DNA from: Podarcis erhardii | Taxonomy: Eukaryota | Strand: one strand, 5' to 3' | NCBI GenBank assembly: GCA_964252035.1 | Contig: OZ176207.1 | Length of the DNA stretch: 64,000 bases | Part shown: one piece after another, positions 59,004-64,000 of the stretch | Position numbering within the stretch: the first letter of the stretch is position 1 | Layout of the letters: each line of letters starts with the position of its first letter | Made by a program: the position numbers and the translations under genes | Notes under the pieces: model-generated | What the model was told of the DNA's origin: nothing | Database searches by the model: none | What the model saw: the letters and a program-made list of their open reading frames with translations, nothing else

Positions 59004-60672
59004 GGGAAGGAGGTGTGCTGTAGCTGCTGTTTTGGTGTTACACATCATAGTCTTCTCTTTAATCAAGTGGATTTAAAGATATGCATTTAAAAAACTGATT
59101 TTAAAAAAGCAGGTGTTGTTTCTTTGCTAGAAATTAATTGACCTAAAATGAAAGACCTAAAATTCTCATCAAGCTGGTATTTTAGGCTTTTCTTTTGTGC
59201 TTTATTATGCTCATGTCAGTGCCACTGAGCAGAGAATAACATGAAGTTGCTGCAGCAATAGAATAATGAGTTTGATTCTTCTGGTGCACTAAGGATCTTA
59301 AACACTGAAGATCCTGTTACTTTGGTGAAATTGGTATATAGTCTATTTTAAATAGGTCTTTTTCCTAATACATCTCATATTAGTCTTCTAGCCTTTTATG
59401 CAATACAGACATATTTCTCTAGATCTGCAGAATCCAGAGAAGATATTTAAAATGTTGCAAAGCATTACAAGGCCTTAACTTACCAATAATATAGCTTTTA
59501 GGTTCAGGGTATTTTCAGGGATTGGGTTTCTAATGCACAGACTTCTGAAGTCACTTCTTCACACTTAACACTCACTGGCTTACATGGGTGTGTTATTAAA
59601 AAAACAGGCCCTACTTTGAACATCAGAGCCCTTAACCAGTTTACAATCGAAATAATTTGGATTTAATTTACACATGAGTATCTTCTTGCATTTGCTTCAG
59701 TAGGACATGGATGAGTGATTAACCTTAGGTAGATTGTAGCCCCCATACAAAAGACAAAGCAAAAGAAGTAAAAACTGATGGAACAGAAAGAAGATGAATG
59801 AATGGGCTGTATCAAATACTACATTCTTGGTATTTTTTTCTGGCAATAATAATAATATAAAAAGAAAATGGAGAAATCATGGGTTTTGTGGTTTACTTTT
59901 AAGCTTTGGAAAAAAGTAAAAACAGAAATACACGCTTCTCTGTTTGTATCTTACACTCCAAATAATTCATATACCGATGTATAAAGCAAAATCTAAGAGC
60001 AAATTAAGTATATAGTATTCTGAACTAATTCTGCTAAATTGCAAGCTTGCAAAAGTAGCAGCTATGCCTTATTGAGTAAGAGTTTTTGTATGTCGGGCTA
60101 GCTTACCCATCAGTTTAAATCTGCTTAAGTAATGTTGCAATGTTAATGGGTGCTGCACTGAGTCACAACAGCTATAAATCTGATGCAGGGGCTTTTGCTG
60201 AAAAGAAAACACAGTATGGCATAAAAGTACTAACTGATGAGCTATCACAGAAGGTTTCAATTCAGCTCTTTCCCCTCATTTGTGTAACATTTAAACATCT
60301 AAGAAGAACCTGTTCAAAGTTATTGGAGAAGATGGAAGTCTCCAGTAGAATACTTTACTTTGAGAAGTTTTCTGTGGTTTTAAAATGGAGACCAGCTTTG
60401 GGTCCCTAATTTGTCACTACCCAACCCCCGCTAATCCTGAGTTGTGTCAGTGACTGTATTTATTGAAACCAAGGTAGTCTTACAAATCTATTTTGTTTTT
60501 TAAAAGAATATAAATTGCAAAAAGCCAATTACAGTCTAAACTAAGAAAAATGTTGCTATTTCTATTGGTTTTCTTCTAAATACAAAATGCTATGAAATAA
60601 AATATGAACTCCAAATCATACACTATATTTTCTGTTTCCTTAATTTAGTTCATGTTTGTAAAAGGAACCCTA

Positions 60673-60806
60673 GAATCATAGTGTTGGAAGGGGCCACAAT
60701 GGTCATCTTGTACAACTTCCTGAAATGCAGGAATCTTTTTGCCCAGTGTGGGGCTCAAACCCATGACTCTGAGGTTAAGAGTCTGATGCTCTACCAACTA
60801 AGCTAT
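60673..60806 (-). mobile_element. tRNA(Lys)-derived SINE with CR1-like tail, second copy
   Basis: Reverse complement of TAGCTTAGTTGGTAGAGCAT..ACTCTTAA..GCAAAAAGATTCCTGCATT...ATGATTCTA. Confidence 0.75.
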
Positions 60807-61922
60807 CTCTCTCTGATGAAGAGTGCAGTCTTAAATGGGGAATGAAGTAGTGGATGATATGCCACTAGCAAACCTTTGCTGGTTTGTGCTGTTGGGCAGG
60901 GGTTGGGTGTAGATTATCTATCTGCACACACATGTCCTGACCTTCTCAAAGCAGTGGATCTGGGGTTAGGATTGCTTTGAGCAGTTGGAAGTGAGATGTG
61001 CCCAGTTAAAAGCTTAACTTACCTGTAATTTTACTAGATGACCTGAGGCAACCCAATATCTCTCAGATCCCTAGATTACAACTGGTGGGCTAATAGTGCC
61101 CTCCATATTAATGCTGACGCACTCTGTGTAAAGTCCTTTGAGCGCTGAGGCAAAGTGCTGTAAAGTAATGCAACATATTAATAGGTAATTGTTTTTAGCA
61201 TTTTGCACTGGGTTATTTCCTCTGCCTCTTCAACCAGTTACTCCCTATTTGCTTGCTCTGCTTTTGGGTACAAACTATTAGAATCCCAAAGATGACAAGT
61301 ATCTGTTTAAATTTAACAAAGCGTTAATTTAACTATGTTATTTGTAATGTTTATTTGTTACTACGGTGTGCAAATATGGTGCCTTTCCTAGCTGCATCTG
61401 TTTATCAAAGAGTCTTTGATTATCAATAATGGTGGACAAGCCCTCTAAGAGTCAGGGTGTCAACCACTATCCATCTTCCATTGCAGTGTGTAGCTCAAAT
61501 GGAGCATAACAGACCTTGTTTGCATCCTGCATGAATCACGTGTACCCTAGAATGTGGCCAAACACTTCTTTAAACTGCATCAAGGTTCTGTGGCAGTCTG
61601 CTTGATATGGAAAGGCTGCCTGACAGCAGAAATTGTGAGAACCCCTGTACCAGGCAATCCACAGAATTATAAAATTTGCTGGCCTGGAGAGATAAAAATG
61701 TAAAATAACACATGATTGTCATGTAAAGTTGAGAGATTTGTTTTAGGTATTTATAACTTTACAGGCTATAGGTGTATATCATCTTTTATGTTCTTTACCT
61801 CACCAACAAAATGCTTTGACTCAAAATGAAAAATGATTCCCAATGACGTTCTTATCAAGAACTGTCTCATTGTGTAAACATCTTGTTTAATTTCGTATTT
61901 TAAATACATTTTGTACAAGAGT

Positions 61923-61928
61923 AATAAA
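61923..61928 (+). terminator. Candidate distal polyadenylation signal of gene B
   Basis: TTTTGTACAAGAGT-AATAAA-GTTGCTTTTATT, typical end of a vertebrate 3' UTR. Confidence 0.4.
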
Positions 61929-63220
61929 GTTGCTTTTATTTCAAAATCAAAGGGACCTACTATAGAATTTGCTTATTTCTTATGTGTTCTGTCTGATGCT
62001 CACTGGCAGGTACTGTTGCAAATATGGGCCGAGTTTCACCAGGGGCTCATTCATTGCCTAGTCTATAGCGCTACTTCTTTCTTCTAAGTTGTCCAGATGG
62101 CAACCAGTACCCATTTCATAGATGTTGGGCAATATAATATCCTTGTTTTCCAGATATAATGATTTACTAGGCCCAGTTTCTAGCCACTGGCAACATGGTT
62201 GGGCAGTTCGTGAGTCCTGCAGGTTTTCTAGATCACACTTTTCATCACAACGATGAAAGAAGCTTTTAAAATGGGTAAGCTGCCTAATGTACTGTCTATT
62301 TGGAAGTAAATGGAACAGATAGGATGGAGAAGATATACAGTAGTCATTGCAGCAAACTGATGGATGTGTGAAAAGACAACACATGGGAGCCTCAAAAGGA
62401 TATTTCCCAACTTTGTATAGTTCTATACCAGAAATACAATTGCTGCAACCTTAAATCATTCAGAACATAAAACTGCATGTATCCCAAAAACCTCAAACAT
62501 TTGACAACTTCAAAAGTAGCACCGCCTACTATATGGAAAATCAGTAAGTGGATAGGAAAAAATGTCTCTGCTTTGAAAGCTGCAATTCTTGATTAGTAGG
62601 TTCTCTCTAATGCTGCTCTGGACAATATCTAGTGCTGTTTACAGAATCCAGCAATACAAGCCTGATAAGGCATAATCAAAGGGACTTTTTAAAAGGGTTA
62701 ATTCAAGAATCAAGCCCTCAAGAAGAGCCAGGGGCCAAGAACCCTTTGGCTCCTGCATCTGGGTGGGTACCTCCCACTTAAATACTTGAGGGGTGGGAGG
62801 AAGAAACACAAGCTCAGGATACAGACTGAAGCTCCCAGGTGTTTTCCTTCACTTCCACACCAACTCCCCACTCCCTGAGTTGAAATGAGCTGTTCTGCTG
62901 AGGCAGCACTTCATAGGAAAAGCATAATGATGCTGGCATAAGATCTAGGGATCTGCCAAAACTTGTCCTCCAAGTTCTCCAGGGTTTTCTTCTCCTGCTT
63001 AAAGAGGCTTCTGATTTTGTTCTCTGCCTCACTTGCAGGGTGTTTCAGAATTCCTTTATAAATATGGCGAGACATTCACAAGGATTCCCATCTCTATGTT
63101 GGAAATCCTACATGTAAGCCAGCTTGCTTTAGGCCAGAGCTTTCCAAACGGTGTGTCGCGTGAATGCTTCCCATGTTCTTCCCGTGGCTGGAAAGGAGTT
63201 TAACCTCTGGTTTGCTAGTA

Positions 63221-63421
63221 TGGTGGTACCTCGGGTTAAGAACTTAATTCGTTCTGGAGGTCTGTTCTTAACCTGAGGTACCACTTTAGCTAATGAGGAC
63301 TCCCGCTGCCGCCACTGCATGATTTCTGTTCTTATCCTGAAGCAAAGTTCTTAACCCCATGTACTATTTCTGGGTTAGCGGAGTCTGTAACCTGAAGCGT
63401 CTGTAACCCGAGATACTACTG
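63221..63421 (-). mobile_element. Tigger-like MITE, copy 3 (inverted)
   Basis: Reverse complement of copies 1/2 with slightly decayed TIRs. Confidence 0.85.
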
Positions 63422-64000
63422 TAAAACTGCACTACTGTGTTGTGAAATTATGCATGTCTAAAAGGTGTGTCACCAATATGAAAAGTTTGGAGAGCTCTGC
63501 TTTAGACTAAGGCCAATCATACATTAACCGGGGAGTCTGCCCCGTGTCTCCCATGTCAGGCCTTGCTGGTGCATTTTTGCTCATAAGGTCAAACTGAATG
63601 CCTGAAAAAGGGCAAGAGTCTTACAAAATCCTTGGCTACAGTACCACAACATAGTGTTTCTATGTTGCAGCTGCGATCTTACACAGGCATTTTAGTACAG
63701 CCAAGGATGCAAGACAGAACGAAGAACCGAAGAGTTCTTTTCAAACTCTTTTTTGTGTGAAGCACTACATGAAGCAGTATGTTCAACACAGTGGAATGAC
63801 TGAGAAAAGAGGTCATCAGACAAATACGGAATTCCACCAAGAAATGAAATAAGTCATATATAAATCTACCAGACTCTGTTTCAGAGTGATGCATTCTTGT
63901 AGAACATGTTCTAAGATGCAGGTATCGGTACATGATTTTTCACGCTCAGCATGATTCAATCCTGTTACCAGAGGAAAGGCACATGGGAATGTTCAAACAT

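Noticed and set aside
60069-63933. Start of a third desmocollin (DSC3-like) downstream of gene B
   Set aside because: No signal-peptide exon, CpG island or cadherin motif found; the short ORFs here are random or TE-derived.

Overview
Eukaryotic vertebrate DNA. A Sauria SINE plus CR1/L2 LINEs, a Penelope-like element and Tigger/hAT MITEs point to a squamate reptile, probably a lacertid lizard (inference). The window holds two complete tandem desmocollin (desmosomal cadherin) genes on the + strand, each reconstructed exon by exon with GT-AG boundaries and consistent reading phase. Gene A (7809-24893) is DSC1-like, lacks a CpG island and encodes about 1103 aa. Gene B (33763-57308) lies where DSC2 lies in mammals, has a CpG-island promoter, and encodes a 910-aa a-form and an 856-aa b-form through the canonical 46-nt stop exon. 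The most unusual feature is the remodelled cytoplasmic tail of gene A. It carries five in-frame 23-aa tandem repeats and a duplicated NTEAPG motif. Its b-exon has lost its stop and fused to the last exon, and its catenin-binding segment is diverged. Its stop codon is lost, adding 88 aa, about 66 of them from a CR1-type LINE 3' UTR. Two perfect minus-strand splice donors in the CpG island suggest a divergent antisense transcript. DSC1/DSC2 orthology labels are tentative. The rest of the window is introns and intergenic DNA rich in transposons and simple repeats.
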